A stretch of DNA of 32,000 bases, from positions 2,910,001-2,942,000 of the forward strand of contig NZ_CP042911.1 in assembly GCF_008065095.1 (NCBI RefSeq), written 5' to 3'. Below the pieces are notes generated by a model. The model did not search any database, had not been told where the DNA came from, and saw only the letters and a program-made list of their open reading frames with translations. Positions 7,737 through 16,535 of this stretch are shown here, one piece after another. Position numbers and translations under genes: made by a program. Origin of the DNA: Gemmata obscuriglobus (GTDB taxonomy: Bacteria; Planctomycetota; Planctomycetia; Gemmatales; Gemmataceae). The number at the start of each line of letters is the position of its first letter. Positions within the stretch are counted from its first letter, which is position 1.

Positions 7737-7826
7737 TTTCGGGTGAGGATGAGGGGCAAGAACGTGAGGGCGCCGGCCGCTCCCGTTCGGCCCCTCGCGC
7801 TTCACTTCTCACTCCTTAGTGACGCT

Positions 7827-8276
7827 ATGCTTTTTTCCGCTCGTGCCGAATACGCGTGTCTGGCGATGCTGGAACTGGCCGCCCATTACGGCGACCCGAA
7901 GCCGGTGCGCCTGACGGACATCGCGAACAAGCACGGGATCTCGTCCCCGCGCTTTCTGGTGCAGATCCTGATCCAGTTGAACAAGGACGGGCTGGTGACC
8001 AGCACCCGCGGGGCGGCCGGCGGGTACCACATCGCGCGGGCGCCGTCGGCGATCACGCTGGCCGACGTGATCGCGGCGGTGGAAGGGACGGAGCAGGCCG
8101 GAACGCGGACGAAAGCTCGCAAGCCCACGTCACCGCTGGCCGCGGCGCTCGACGACGTGTGGGACCGCGTCCGCACCGCGCACGAAGACTTCCTTCTGAA
8201 GCAGGCCGCGATCCTCAAATCCACGACGCTCGCTCAGCTCGTCGATTCCGGCGAGCCGCTCCAGTACGTGATCTGA
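7827..8276 (+). CDS. Rrf2-family transcriptional regulator
   Basis: MLFSARAEYACLAMLELA..L.DIA....IS.RFL.QIL..L.K.GLV.S.RG..GGY is the typical Rrf2 winged-helix N-terminus. The start is set at the internal ATG at 7827. Confidence 0.85.
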   Translation: MLFSARAEYACLAMLELAAHYGDPKPVRLTDIANKHGISSPRFLVQILIQLNKDGLVTSTRGAAGGYHIARAPSAITLADVIAAVEGTEQAGTRTKARKPTSPLAAALDDVWDRVRTAHEDFLLKQAAILKSTTLAQLVDSGEPLQYVI

Positions 8277-8303
8277 TTGTGCCGGCAAGAATCGCCTTCG
8301 GTC

Positions 8304-9452
8304 TCAGCCCGCGCAGACCGGCGTCGGTTCGGACGGCGCCGGCGCTTGCGGTAACTCGCGCGGCCCCTTCGTGTTGTCCAGCACGTACTTCTGGAACTGG
8401 TACACGCGCTCTTCCCGCGTCCCGATCACCCCCGGGAACGGGCTCGCCTCCATCCCGCGCTGGATGCCCAGGTAAATCGACCCGTCCTCGGCGAAGACCT
8501 TCTTCCCGATGGCCGTCGCGATCGACTTCAGCGTGCGGTAAAGGACCCACGCCAGCGGGTTGGTGCGCGTCCCGCGGAGCGTGAAGAAGATGCACCGGTA
8601 GCGACAGGTGGCCGGGCCGGTGGGGAACACGCACTGCATCATCCGGAACGAGTCCAGCGAGCTGCCGGTCGCGTGCGGGTGCAGCACCTGGTGCCAGTAC
8701 TCGTTCGTCACCGGCTGGCCCATGCGGCGGACCATCCACGCCTGCGCGCGGCCGGCGAAGTCGCTGGGCGGGAGCGTCTTGAACGACGAGAACCGCTCCG
8801 TGAGTTCGTGCCACACGTTCTCTTCGGCCGGGAACTCTTTGAACGTGTGCGGGTGAACCTCGGGGATGTGGTACGACTCCAGCGAGTTCTCCAGCACCAC
8901 CTTCCAGTTGCACGCGAACTCTTTTTCCCACGTCGCCGCGTGCCGGTACGCGCCGCCGTAGTGCCGCCACACGTCCCACACGGGCGCGAGCCACTCGCGC
9001 AGGCCCGGGCCGCTCGCGCTGAAGTTCACGAACACCAGATCGCCGCAGGTGTCCACGCGGAACTTCTTCAGGCACGAGTTCTCGCGGTCCCACGGGCGGA
9101 ACACCTTCGCGTCCGGGATCTTGCCGGTCCCGCCGTCCTTGTTGAACTCCCACCCGTGGTACTGGCAGCGGAGCTTCTCGGCGTGCCCGCGGGGCTTCTC
9201 GGTGAGTTTGCTGTGCCGGTGCGGGCAGACGTTCAGAAAGGCCCGCAGCTCGCCGTCGAAGTTGCGGATGATGAACGGGGTTTCGAGCAGGTCGAGCGTG
9301 ATGAAGTCGCCGGGCCGGGCGAGGTCGCTCGTGGTCGCGACCGGGTGCCACGCCGGCTGGAACAGGTGCCGCAGTTCCGCCCGGTACTGCTCTTCGGACG
9401 TGTAATGGTGCGGCCGCAAGAGGTGCTTGAGGTGGTGCTGGTTGGTGAACAT
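8304..9452 (-). CDS. Rieske [2Fe-2S] non-heme-iron oxygenase, alpha-subunit type
   Basis: Rieske motif CPHRHSKL..(17)..CQYHGWEF and the mononuclear-iron motif ESYHIPEVHPHT are present. The start is set at MFTNQHH (9452). Confidence 0.85.
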   Translation of the reverse strand: MFTNQHHLKHLLRPHHYTSEEQYRAELRHLFQPAWHPVATTSDLARPGDFITLDLLETPFIIRNFDGELRAFLNVCPHRHSKLTEKPRGHAEKLRCQYHGWEFNKDGGTGKIPDAKVFRPWDRENSCLKKFRVDTCGDLVFVNFSASGPGLREWLAPVWDVWRHYGGAYRHAATWEKEFACNWKVVLENSLESYHIPEVHPHTFKEFPAEENVWHELTERFSSFKTLPPSDFAGRAQAWMVRRMGQPVTNEYWHQVLHPHATGSSLDSFRMMQCVFPTGPATCRYRCIFFTLRGTRTNPLAWVLYRTLKSIATAIGKKVFAEDGSIYLGIQRGMEASPFPGVIGTREERVYQFQKYVLDNTKGPRELPQAPAPSEPTPVCAG

Positions 9453-9602
9453 CGCGGCGTCTGGGGGATTTAGGCAAACAGGGGCGATAGTTCCTCTTGT
9501 TGGGTTTACGAGAACGTCTCGTGGGATGCAAACCGCCCAAAAGATACACCCGCCGACATCAGCAGGCGGGTGGCGCAACACGACGGCGGGAAACTTACCG
9601 GC

Positions 9603-10463
9603 TCACTTCCCGGACACTTTGGCCATGAGGCGGTCGATTTGGTAGCTCTTGCCGGGGCCGTCGAGCCACTTCACGAACGCCTCTTTCGTCTTCGCGATGA
9701 AGTCCTCGTTGGGCTTCACCATTGGGAACGTCCAGCCGTCCTTGTCGTTCAGCCCGAGCATGCTGAACGACTGGTACGCGGTGAGCCCGCTCGCCTCGGC
9801 CTTCCAGTCGGCTTCGGCGAGCGCCTTGAGCAGGAGGGCGCTCTCGTCCGCGGGCACCTTGGCGGTCGTGGCTTCGCCGCCGCCCTCGGGGTACGCACGG
9901 TACTTGGCGATGAGGATGTTGGCGGCCAGGGTGCGGTCGGCCGCCTGATCGGCTTTCAGGGCTTTCATCGGATCGGCCAGCGTCGCGGCGGCCTTTTTCG
10001 CTTCCGCAACCCGGTCTTTGTAGTCCGCGGTGTCGGCCAGTATGGGGCTCAGCATCGGGGTGATCGTGTAGAAGTCCCCGGTGGGGTGCTTGACGAGGAA
10101 GAACAGCCCTTCCGCGTCCACGGTCGGGCGGAACGGGGACAGACCGCCGCGCCGCGGCGGGGCCGGGGCGTCGATGTTGGTCCCGGTCGGCTCGAACCCG
10201 ACCTTGATGTGCGTGACCTCGCCCGCCCCGATGAGGGGCGTTTCGACTTTCACCACCGCGACCCGGTACGACACCTTCTCCTTCGCGCCCGGCTCGGCCG
10301 GCACGACGGCCGGTTCCTTCTCGATGGCCGTCACCTTGCCGACCACGACCGCGTTGGCACGGGCCAGCTTTTCCAGCGGCGTGAACATGCGGACGCGCTT
10401 GGCTTCTGCCGGGGTCACGAGCAGCAGCGCGGCGAGGGCCGCGACGAACAGCGTGCGGATCAT
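9603..10463 (-). CDS. Secreted protein of unrecognised family, paralog 1 of 3
   Basis: 286 aa with a signal peptide (..TPAEA). It shares the blocks VVVGKVTAIEKEP, VAVVKVE, H.KVGF, FFLVKH, ADPMKALKAD and AFVKWLDGPGK with the next two genes. Confidence 0.8.
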   Translation of the reverse strand: MIRTLFVAALAALLLVTPAEAKRVRMFTPLEKLARANAVVVGKVTAIEKEPAVVPAEPGAKEKVSYRVAVVKVETPLIGAGEVTHIKVGFEPTGTNIDAPAPPRRGGLSPFRPTVDAEGLFFLVKHPTGDFYTITPMLSPILADTADYKDRVAEAKKAAATLADPMKALKADQAADRTLAANILIAKYRAYPEGGGEATTAKVPADESALLLKALAEADWKAEASGLTAYQSFSMLGLNDKDGWTFPMVKPNEDFIAKTKEAFVKWLDGPGKSYQIDRLMAKVSGK

Positions 10464-10494
10464 GTAAATTCCCCGGGTGGGGCTCCTGTGCTTG

Positions 10495-11349
10495 TTACTT
10501 TTTCGGAACGAGCTTCTTGATCCGGTAGTCTTTGCCTGGGCCGGCGAGCCACTTCACGAACGCCTGGCGACTGGTAGCGAAGAAATCCGCGCCCGGGGCT
10601 ACGGCGGGCGCGGTCCAGCCGTCCTTCTCGGTCAGCCCGAGCATCGAGAACGCGCCGTACCCGTTAAGACTCTGTGACGCGGGCGTCGGCGCCCACACCC
10701 CTTCGCCGAGCGCCCGCAGAATGGGGCCGCTTTCCTCGGCCGACAGGGGCACCTGTTCCGTCTCGCCGCGTGTCCCTTCGCGCGGTGTGCGAAGCGTGTA
10801 AACGATTGTGACCGCCGCCTCGTATCGGTCCTGCTCCTTCTCGGCCTTCAGTGCCCGCGCCGGGTCGGCGACGGCCGCGAGCGCTTTTTTGACACCCGCG
10901 AGTTGGTCCTTGAAGCCGTCGTTCTTCGTCTCAACGGGCGGCGTCATGTACGGGACGGCGTAGAACGCGCCGTCGGCGTGCTTGACCAGAAAGAAGAGCC
11001 ACTCCTGACCTTCTTTCAGCTCCGGGTTGTTGAGCCCGCGCCCCGCCTGGACGCCGGCGCCCTGCTCGGCGGCCGGGCGAACGAACCCGACCTTCAGGTG
11101 CGTGAGATTCTCGGCCCCCAAGAGGTTACTTTCGACTTTCACCACCGCGATGGTGTGCGCGACCTTTTGGGCGCCGGGGTAAAGCGGGGCGCTGACGGGT
11201 TCTTTTTCGATCGCGGTGACCTTGCCCACGACCACCACCGGCGCGCGCAGGGCACGCTCGACGGGTGTGGCGTACGGCGCGATCCGGTCGGCGCGTGCGG
11301 TCGTAACGAGCGAGCCGACGGCCAGCGCCGCGCAGAGTAAGCGGAACAT
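10495..11349 (-). CDS. Secreted protein of unrecognised family, paralog 2 of 3
   Basis: 284 aa with a signal peptide (..TTARA). It has the same conserved blocks as the neighbouring paralogs and lies 31 bp from paralog 1. Confidence 0.8.
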   Translation of the reverse strand: MFRLLCAALAVGSLVTTARADRIAPYATPVERALRAPVVVVGKVTAIEKEPVSAPLYPGAQKVAHTIAVVKVESNLLGAENLTHLKVGFVRPAAEQGAGVQAGRGLNNPELKEGQEWLFFLVKHADGAFYAVPYMTPPVETKNDGFKDQLAGVKKALAAVADPARALKAEKEQDRYEAAVTIVYTLRTPREGTRGETEQVPLSAEESGPILRALGEGVWAPTPASQSLNGYGAFSMLGLTEKDGWTAPAVAPGADFFATSRQAFVKWLAGPGKDYRIKKLVPKK

Positions 11350-11415
11350 GAGCCACCAGTAGGGGGAGTGGTGAGCGGTGCAGGTCTAACATCCGCCGGG
11401 CCGCCGGGGACGCAC

Positions 11416-12342
11416 TTACTTGTTGGTCGCCTTTGGGACCAGCTTCTTGATCCGGTAGTCTTTGCCGGGGCCGTCGAGCCACTTCACGAACGCCTCTTTG
11501 GTGAGCGCGTTGAAGTCGACCGGCGGTTGGCCCGGTTGCGGGCGCGGGAACGCCGGCTGCGCCCACCCGTCCTGCTCGCTCAGCCCGAGCTGGTAGAAGG
11601 CGTTGATCGGGTTCGCGAAGACGTCCGCGCCCGGGGCGGGGCGCACCTTGTTGCTCCAGTCCGCTTCGACGAGGGCTTTGAGGATCAGCTTGCTCTCGTC
11701 GGCGGCGATCGCCGCCTGTTCGACCTCGCCGCCGAAATCCGGGTACGACCGGTACTTGGTCACCATCGTCGTGGCGGCGAGCAGCCGGGTTTCGGCCTTA
11801 TCGCTCTTGAGGGCCTTCATCGGGTCGGCCAGCACCTCGGTCACCTTCTTGACCGCTTCGAGTTCCTTCTTCCCGGCGTCGGTCTTGATGTCAACCGGCA
11901 GGCTCATGTTCGGGATGATGTAGAAGTCGGCGGACGGGTGCTTGGTCAGGAAGAAGAGCATCTCCTGACCCTCTTTCAGCTCCGGTGCCTGAAACCCGGG
12001 CCGGATGGGGCGAATCGGCCGGACGCCCGGGCCGCCGGGCGGGGCCGGAACGGGTGCCGGTTGCGGGGGCTGCGTACCGATTTTGATGTGCGTGAGGTTG
12101 GCGGCGCCGGCGAGCGTCGATTCGATCTTCACGACCGCGACCCGGTACGTGACCTTCTCCTTCGCGCCCGGGAACGGCAAAACCGCTTCAACGGTGTCTT
12201 TTTCGATCGCCGTGACCTTTCCGACCACGACCGCCTCGGCCGTGATGGCGCGCTGGGGGGCCGGGCGGATGGCGATCATGAGGGCGTCGGTCGAGCCGAC
12301 GCCGAGCACCAGAGCGGCGGTTGTGAGCAGGAACTTCCGCAT
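11416..12342 (-). CDS. Secreted protein of unrecognised family, paralog 3 of 3
   Basis: 308 aa counted from MRKFLLTTAALVLG (ATG at 12342); the longer ORF extending to 12714 runs through a repeat element. It has the same conserved blocks and lies 66 bp from paralog 2. Confidence 0.8.
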   Translation of the reverse strand: MRKFLLTTAALVLGVGSTDALMIAIRPAPQRAITAEAVVVGKVTAIEKDTVEAVLPFPGAKEKVTYRVAVVKIESTLAGAANLTHIKIGTQPPQPAPVPAPPGGPGVRPIRPIRPGFQAPELKEGQEMLFFLTKHPSADFYIIPNMSLPVDIKTDAGKKELEAVKKVTEVLADPMKALKSDKAETRLLAATTMVTKYRSYPDFGGEVEQAAIAADESKLILKALVEADWSNKVRPAPGADVFANPINAFYQLGLSEQDGWAQPAFPRPQPGQPPVDFNALTKEAFVKWLDGPGKDYRIKKLVPKATNK

Positions 12343-12600
12343 TTCGTTGAGCCTGAGAAAAGTGAGAGCGACATCTGGGCTTCTCGATTCCGGACGATAC
12401 GGCGGCCGAAAAAGTTGGGGCGCAGGCGAAAATCGGCCGTATTGTCGCGGACCTGGGCGGAGAAGGGTTAAGAAAAAACGTGTCAGGCCATTGAACGGGC
12501 CGCGCGACGTGTTTACGCTGACAGCAAGATCGCACCCCGCGTGGGTCGGTCTCCCGGCCGCCCGGTGGTGTCCCCGCACCGCCGGGCGGTGTTCTTTAGT

Positions 12601-12708
12601 AATGCGGAATGTGGAATTCGGAATGCGGAATTGAAGACAAAGTGCGGAGCGTATTTTGGCTCTTCTCTGTCTCTTTAATTCCGAATTCCGAACTCCGCAC
12701 TCCGCATT
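12601..12708. repeat. Palindromic element built from heptad repeats (GCGGAAT GTGGAAT TCGGAAT GCGGAAT ... ATTCCGA ATTCCGA ACTCCGC ACTCCGC)
   Basis: 36-nt arms at 12601-12636 and 12673-12708 are complementary at 31/36 positions, counted base by base. The element lies immediately 3' of the fumC stop codon and is a likely transcript-end hairpin. Confidence 0.85.
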
Positions 12709-12715
12709 TCCCAAC

Positions 12716-14251
12716 TCAGTCGGCCCCGGGCGCGGTCATCTTCTCGGGCCGGACGATCTGGTCGAACTTCTCGGCGGTGAGCGGGCCGCTCCCGTCCTTG
12801 AGCGGCGGCGCGAGTTTGATCGCCTCGGCGCGGAGCGTGGTGCCGTTGTGGTGCGCGGTCTTCGCGATCTTGGCCGCCGCGTCGTACCCGATGTGCCGGT
12901 TTAGTGCGGTCACCAGCATCAGCGACTCGTTCACGATCCGGGCGATGGTCGCGCGGTTGGCGTCGATCCCCTTGCGCACCTTGCCGCCGGACTTGGGGGC
13001 GATCTTCGACTGGTCGACTTCCACCATCCCGCTGTCCTTGCCGACGACGTACTCGAGCGCCTCGTAGTCGGTCTCGGGCATGTCCGCGGCGCAGTGCTCG
13101 CGGAAGCTCCGGCAGGCGTCCGTCAGGAGCCGGACGGAGTGCAGGAAGTTGTGGATCAGCACCGGCTTGAACACGTTCAGCTCGAAGTTCCCCTGCGACG
13201 CCGCCAGGCCCACCGCGAGGTCGTTGGCGATGACCTGCACGCACACCATCGTCATCGCTTCGGACTGGGTCGGGTTCACCTTCCCGGGCATGATCGACGA
13301 GCCGGGCTCGTTCTCGGGGATGGTCAGCTCGCCGAGGCCGCACCGCGGGCCGCTCGCGAGCCAGCGGACGTCGTTGGCGATCTTCATCAGGGCCGTGGCG
13401 AGCGTCTTCAGCGCGCCCGACGCGAAGGCCAGCGGCTCGTGCCCCGCGAGCGCCTGGAACTTGTTCGGCGCGGTGACGAACGGCAGCTTGGTGAGGTCGG
13501 CGATCTGCTTGGCGACGCGGACGGCGAACTCCGGGTGCGCGTTGAGCCCGGTGCCGACGGCGGTGCCGCCGAGCGCGAGTTCGTACAGGAACGGCAGCGC
13601 CTTCTCGACCGCCGCGATGCCGTAATCGAGCTGCGCGACGTACCCGCCGAACTCCTGGCCCAGCGTCAGCGGCACCGCGTCCATGAGGTGGGTGCGGCCG
13701 ATCTTCACGATGTCGGCGAACTCGGCGGCCTTCGCGGCGAACGTGTCGCGGAGCGCCCGCACGCTCGGCACCAACTCGTGAACGAGCTCCTCCGCGGCGG
13801 CGATGTGCATGGCCGTCGGGAAGGTGTCGTTGGACGACTGCGACATGTTCACGTCGTCGTTCGGGTGGACCGGCTTCTTGCTGCCGAGCACCCCGCCGGC
13901 CATCTGGATGGCGCGGTTCGAGATCACCTCGTTGACGTTCATGTTGGTCTGCGTGCCGCTGCCGGTCTGCCACACGCGGAGCGGGAAGTGGTCGTCGAGG
14001 TACCCGGCGATCACCTCGTCCGCGGCGTCGGAGACCAGCTTGCACCGGTCGGCGGGGAGCAGCCCGAGGGCGCTGTTGGTGAGCGCGGCGGCCTTCTTGA
14101 GCGTGCCGAACGCGCGGATCACGGCGCGGGGCATGGTGTCGGCGCCGATCGCGAAGTGCGTGAGCGAGCGGGCGGTCTGCGCGCCGTAGAGGCGGTCGGC
14201 GGGGACGCGGATGTGCCCCATGCTGTCGGTTTCGAGGCGGTACTCTCGCAT
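12716..14251 (-). CDS. fumC: Class II fumarate hydratase (with a C-terminal-domain insertion)
   Basis: [52 protein letters not shown] are present. The start is set at the ATG at 14251. The product is 511 aa, against about 465 for typical FumC. Confidence 0.95.
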   Translation of the reverse strand: MREYRLETDSMGHIRVPADRLYGAQTARSLTHFAIGADTMPRAVIRAFGTLKKAAALTNSALGLLPADRCKLVSDAADEVIAGYLDDHFPLRVWQTGSGTQTNMNVNEVISNRAIQMAGGVLGSKKPVHPNDDVNMSQSSNDTFPTAMHIAAAEELVHELVPSVRALRDTFAAKAAEFADIVKIGRTHLMDAVPLTLGQEFGGYVAQLDYGIAAVEKALPFLYELALGGTAVGTGLNAHPEFAVRVAKQIADLTKLPFVTAPNKFQALAGHEPLAFASGALKTLATALMKIANDVRWLASGPRCGLGELTIPENEPGSSIMPGKVNPTQSEAMTMVCVQVIANDLAVGLAASQGNFELNVFKPVLIHNFLHSVRLLTDACRSFREHCAADMPETDYEALEYVVGKDSGMVEVDQSKIAPKSGGKVRKGIDANRATIARIVNESLMLVTALNRHIGYDAAAKIAKTAHHNGTTLRAEAIKLAPPLKDGSGPLTAEKFDQIVRPEKMTAPGAD

Positions 14252-14311
14252 CGGCGTGCGGTTCCTGTGCTGGAGACGAGCGGGAATTGCGGGTATTGTA
14301 GAGAGTGGGAA

Positions 14312-14611
14312 ATGACGACACCCCGCGCTCACGGTGCCGCTATGCCGGACTGGCTGATTCAGGTGGTGATTCAGTACCCGATTGTGGTGATTGTAGGGTT
14401 CGTGGCGTGGTACGCGCACCGGGAGCTGAAGGCTCAAACCAAACAGTACCTTCAGCGCGAGGACCAGTGGAGCGCGGATGTCGGCCAGGCGCGCCGAGAG
14501 TTGAGCGAGTTCAAAAATCAAATGATCGAGCAGTCCGCCGCGGTCCTGCGGGGCGAGCTGAAACGGCTGGCGAAGGTCGTTGACGAACTCAACAAGCGGT
14601 TAGGAGCGTGA
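14312..14611 (+). CDS. Small membrane-anchored coiled-coil protein (hypothetical)
   Basis: 99 aa with one TM helix ([15 protein letters not shown]) followed by a charged helical tail. It forms the tail end of a long ORF that is otherwise antisense to fumC. An alternative start lies at 14342. Confidence 0.5.
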   Translation: MTTPRAHGAAMPDWLIQVVIQYPIVVIVGFVAWYAHRELKAQTKQYLQREDQWSADVGQARRELSEFKNQMIEQSAAVLRGELKRLAKVVDELNKRLGA

Positions 14612-15102
14612 CCGTGGAAGTGTACGCCGTGATCACGATCGAGTATCTGACGTGCTTGGGGTTCGTTCTCGTGATGTTGCGGACGGTTCGGCGCGATCGC
14701 GCCGCGTGCGAGGCGCGTCTTCGGGAGGCCGACGCTGCGGCCCGTCGGGACGTTGTGGAGGCACGGGCCGAACTCAGCCGGCTGCGCGCATCTCTGCCGC
14801 CGGAACTGGTTCTCAAACTCGAACTGTCGGATGACGAACCCGCGCCGGACCTGCCCGCCGCGTTCGAACATGCCAAGCCCCTGGTGTTCTCACTGAGTGC
14901 TCAGGAGCAGTCGCTCGGCGGGGGCGGGTTAGTGCTCACCGCGGCCAAGGTCGAGTTCGGGTCCGTGCGTCTGACGCTCTCGCCCGTCGATCGGGTCGGT
15001 GCGGCCGAGCGCGTGCGCCAGCTCGCCGAAGCTTGGAACGCAAACGCCCGCCAGTTGCCCCCCGGGGTGATCTCGGCATGGGCTGCGGTGGTAGCCGCCT
15101 GA
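14608..15102 (+). CDS. Membrane-anchored hypothetical protein
   Basis: 164 aa. The GTG start overlaps the upstream stop codon (GTGA at 14608-14611). It has an N-terminal TM helix, an Arg/Ala-rich helix and then a C-terminal domain. Confidence 0.5.
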   Translation: MTVEVYAVITIEYLTCLGFVLVMLRTVRRDRAACEARLREADAAARRDVVEARAELSRLRASLPPELVLKLELSDDEPAPDLPAAFEHAKPLVFSLSAQEQSLGGGGLVLTAAKVEFGSVRLTLSPVDRVGAAERVRQLAEAWNANARQLPPGVISAWAAVVAA

Positions 15103-15118
15103 GCACGCCGTCACGCCG

Positions 15119-16447
15119 TCACGCCGCTCGCGCCGTTTCGCGTGCGCCGCGCCGGCGCTCCTTTCGCAGCCCGTCGAGGTACGGGTAGAAGTCCACCTGG
15201 ATCGTGTGCCGCGACGACGCCGTGTAGCGCCGGCGCATCGCCTCGCGGTCGCGCCCGATGCCCGTCAGCATCTCGTCCCGCGTCGGCAACGCGCACTTGC
15301 CTTCAACGAGGTCCGCGACCCACTTCGACTGCTCCTCCGCCAGCGGCATGATCGCGCCCCACGGCTGCACCAGCCCGATGAAGTAGAGCCCGCGGTGCTC
15401 GGGGTGGACCACCAGCTTGTAGAGCCGCACCTCGTTGTCGCGGGCCTCGAACACCTCCGGCGCCAGGAACGGCACCCGGATGTCGTAGCCCGTGGCGTAG
15501 ACGATCGCGTCCACGGGTTCGCGCGTGCCATCGGTAAAGAGGACCTCGCGCCCGTCGGCGGCGCCGGTGAACTCCTGAATGTTGGGCTTCACCGTGACCC
15601 GGCCGTGGCCGATCAGGTTGAGCAGGTCCGACGAGATCGTCGGGTGCTCTTCCAGAATCCGGTGCCGCGGTTCCGGCAGGTGGAAGCGCTTGAGCTTGCC
15701 GCGCGCGACCCGGAGGGCCGTGCCGAAAATGAACTGCTGCAACCGGAGCGGCAGGTGGCGCCACATCCACGGCGACACCAGCTTGTCGAGCGGGCGCCCG
15801 AACAGGTACTTCGGGATCAGGTGGACGCCGTGCCGCATCGCCAAGAAGGTGCGGTCGGCGACGCGCGACACCTCGCACGCGATGTCACAGCCCGAGTTGC
15901 CGACGCCCAGCACCAGCACGCGCTGGCCCGCGAAGCTCTCGGGGGACCGGTACCGGCCGGCGTGCAGCGCCGTGCCGGCGAACGTGCCCGGGAACGTCGG
16001 CACGCGCGGGTGCCAGTGGTGCCCGTTCGCGACCACGACATCGGTGTACGCGCGGCTCTCGCTGCGGCCCGTCGCGTCGGTCGTTTCGACCCGGAACGTG
16101 CCGTCGGCGAGGGGCTCGACCCGCTGCACCGTGGTGCGGAACGTGATCCGGTCGCGCAGCCCGAAGTGGTCGACGTAGGCGTCGAAGTACCGCGCGATTT
16201 GCGAGTGGTGCGGGAAGTCCGGGTAGTCGCGCGGCATCGGGAAGTCGGCGAACTGCATCTTCGCGCGCGACGTGTTGATGTGCAGCGACCGGTACGCGAC
16301 CGACGCGCCGCTGTCGTTCTCGTACCGCCACAGCCCGCCGACGTTCGACCCCTTCTCGAAGCAGTCGAACGGGACGCCGCGCTCGTGGAACGTCTTGGCC
16401 GCGACGATTCCGGACGAGCCGGCGCCGATCACACAAACCCTGCGCAT
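15119..16447 (-). CDS. Flavin-containing monooxygenase (FMO / class B flavoprotein)
   Basis: An N-terminal GAGSSG FAD fold, the FMO-type motif FAGTALHAGRY and a second dinucleotide fold GVGNSGCD are present. Confidence 0.85.
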   Translation of the reverse strand: MRRVCVIGAGSSGIVAAKTFHERGVPFDCFEKGSNVGGLWRYENDSGASVAYRSLHINTSRAKMQFADFPMPRDYPDFPHHSQIARYFDAYVDHFGLRDRITFRTTVQRVEPLADGTFRVETTDATGRSESRAYTDVVVANGHHWHPRVPTFPGTFAGTALHAGRYRSPESFAGQRVLVLGVGNSGCDIACEVSRVADRTFLAMRHGVHLIPKYLFGRPLDKLVSPWMWRHLPLRLQQFIFGTALRVARGKLKRFHLPEPRHRILEEHPTISSDLLNLIGHGRVTVKPNIQEFTGAADGREVLFTDGTREPVDAIVYATGYDIRVPFLAPEVFEARDNEVRLYKLVVHPEHRGLYFIGLVQPWGAIMPLAEEQSKWVADLVEGKCALPTRDEMLTGIGRDREAMRRRYTASSRHTIQVDFYPYLDGLRKERRRGARETARAA

Positions 16448-16535
16448 AGTACCGCTCCGTGACGCGGCACATGTGATAACGCAAACGGGGGCGGCGGGGC
16501 AAGAGCGGTTGTCCGGGGCGGTCCTGACACAGTGC

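Noticed and set aside
8215-9549. 444-aa minus-strand ORF and 266-aa plus-strand ORF across the Rieske oxygenase locus
   Set aside because: These are alternative frame or antisense to the frame that carries intact Rieske and iron-binding motifs, and they are extreme in Arg/Pro/Ala content.
9570-12471. Plus-strand ORFs of 316, 145 and 367 aa antisense to the three paralog genes
   Set aside because: The antisense frames have low-complexity Arg/Gly/Asp/Leu-rich composition, whereas the minus-strand frames are mutually homologous and have signal peptides.
12601-12708. Test of whether arm mismatches in the heptad palindrome become G-U pairs only on the fumC (minus) transcript
   Set aside because: Of five mismatches, two would be G-U on the minus strand, two G-U on the plus strand, and one is a transversion. 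There is no strand-specific signal, so no claim is made.
12675-14321. 548-aa minus-strand ORF and the 13094-14311 part of the 505-aa plus-strand ORF over fumC
   Set aside because: These are off-frame or antisense to the unmistakable fumC frame. Only the last ~100 codons of the plus-strand ORF (14312-14611), which lie outside fumC, were kept as a possible gene.
15206-16502. 418-aa plus-strand and 191/205-aa minus-strand ORFs over the FMO gene
   Set aside because: Artefactual frames; the FMO frame has both dinucleotide-binding motifs.
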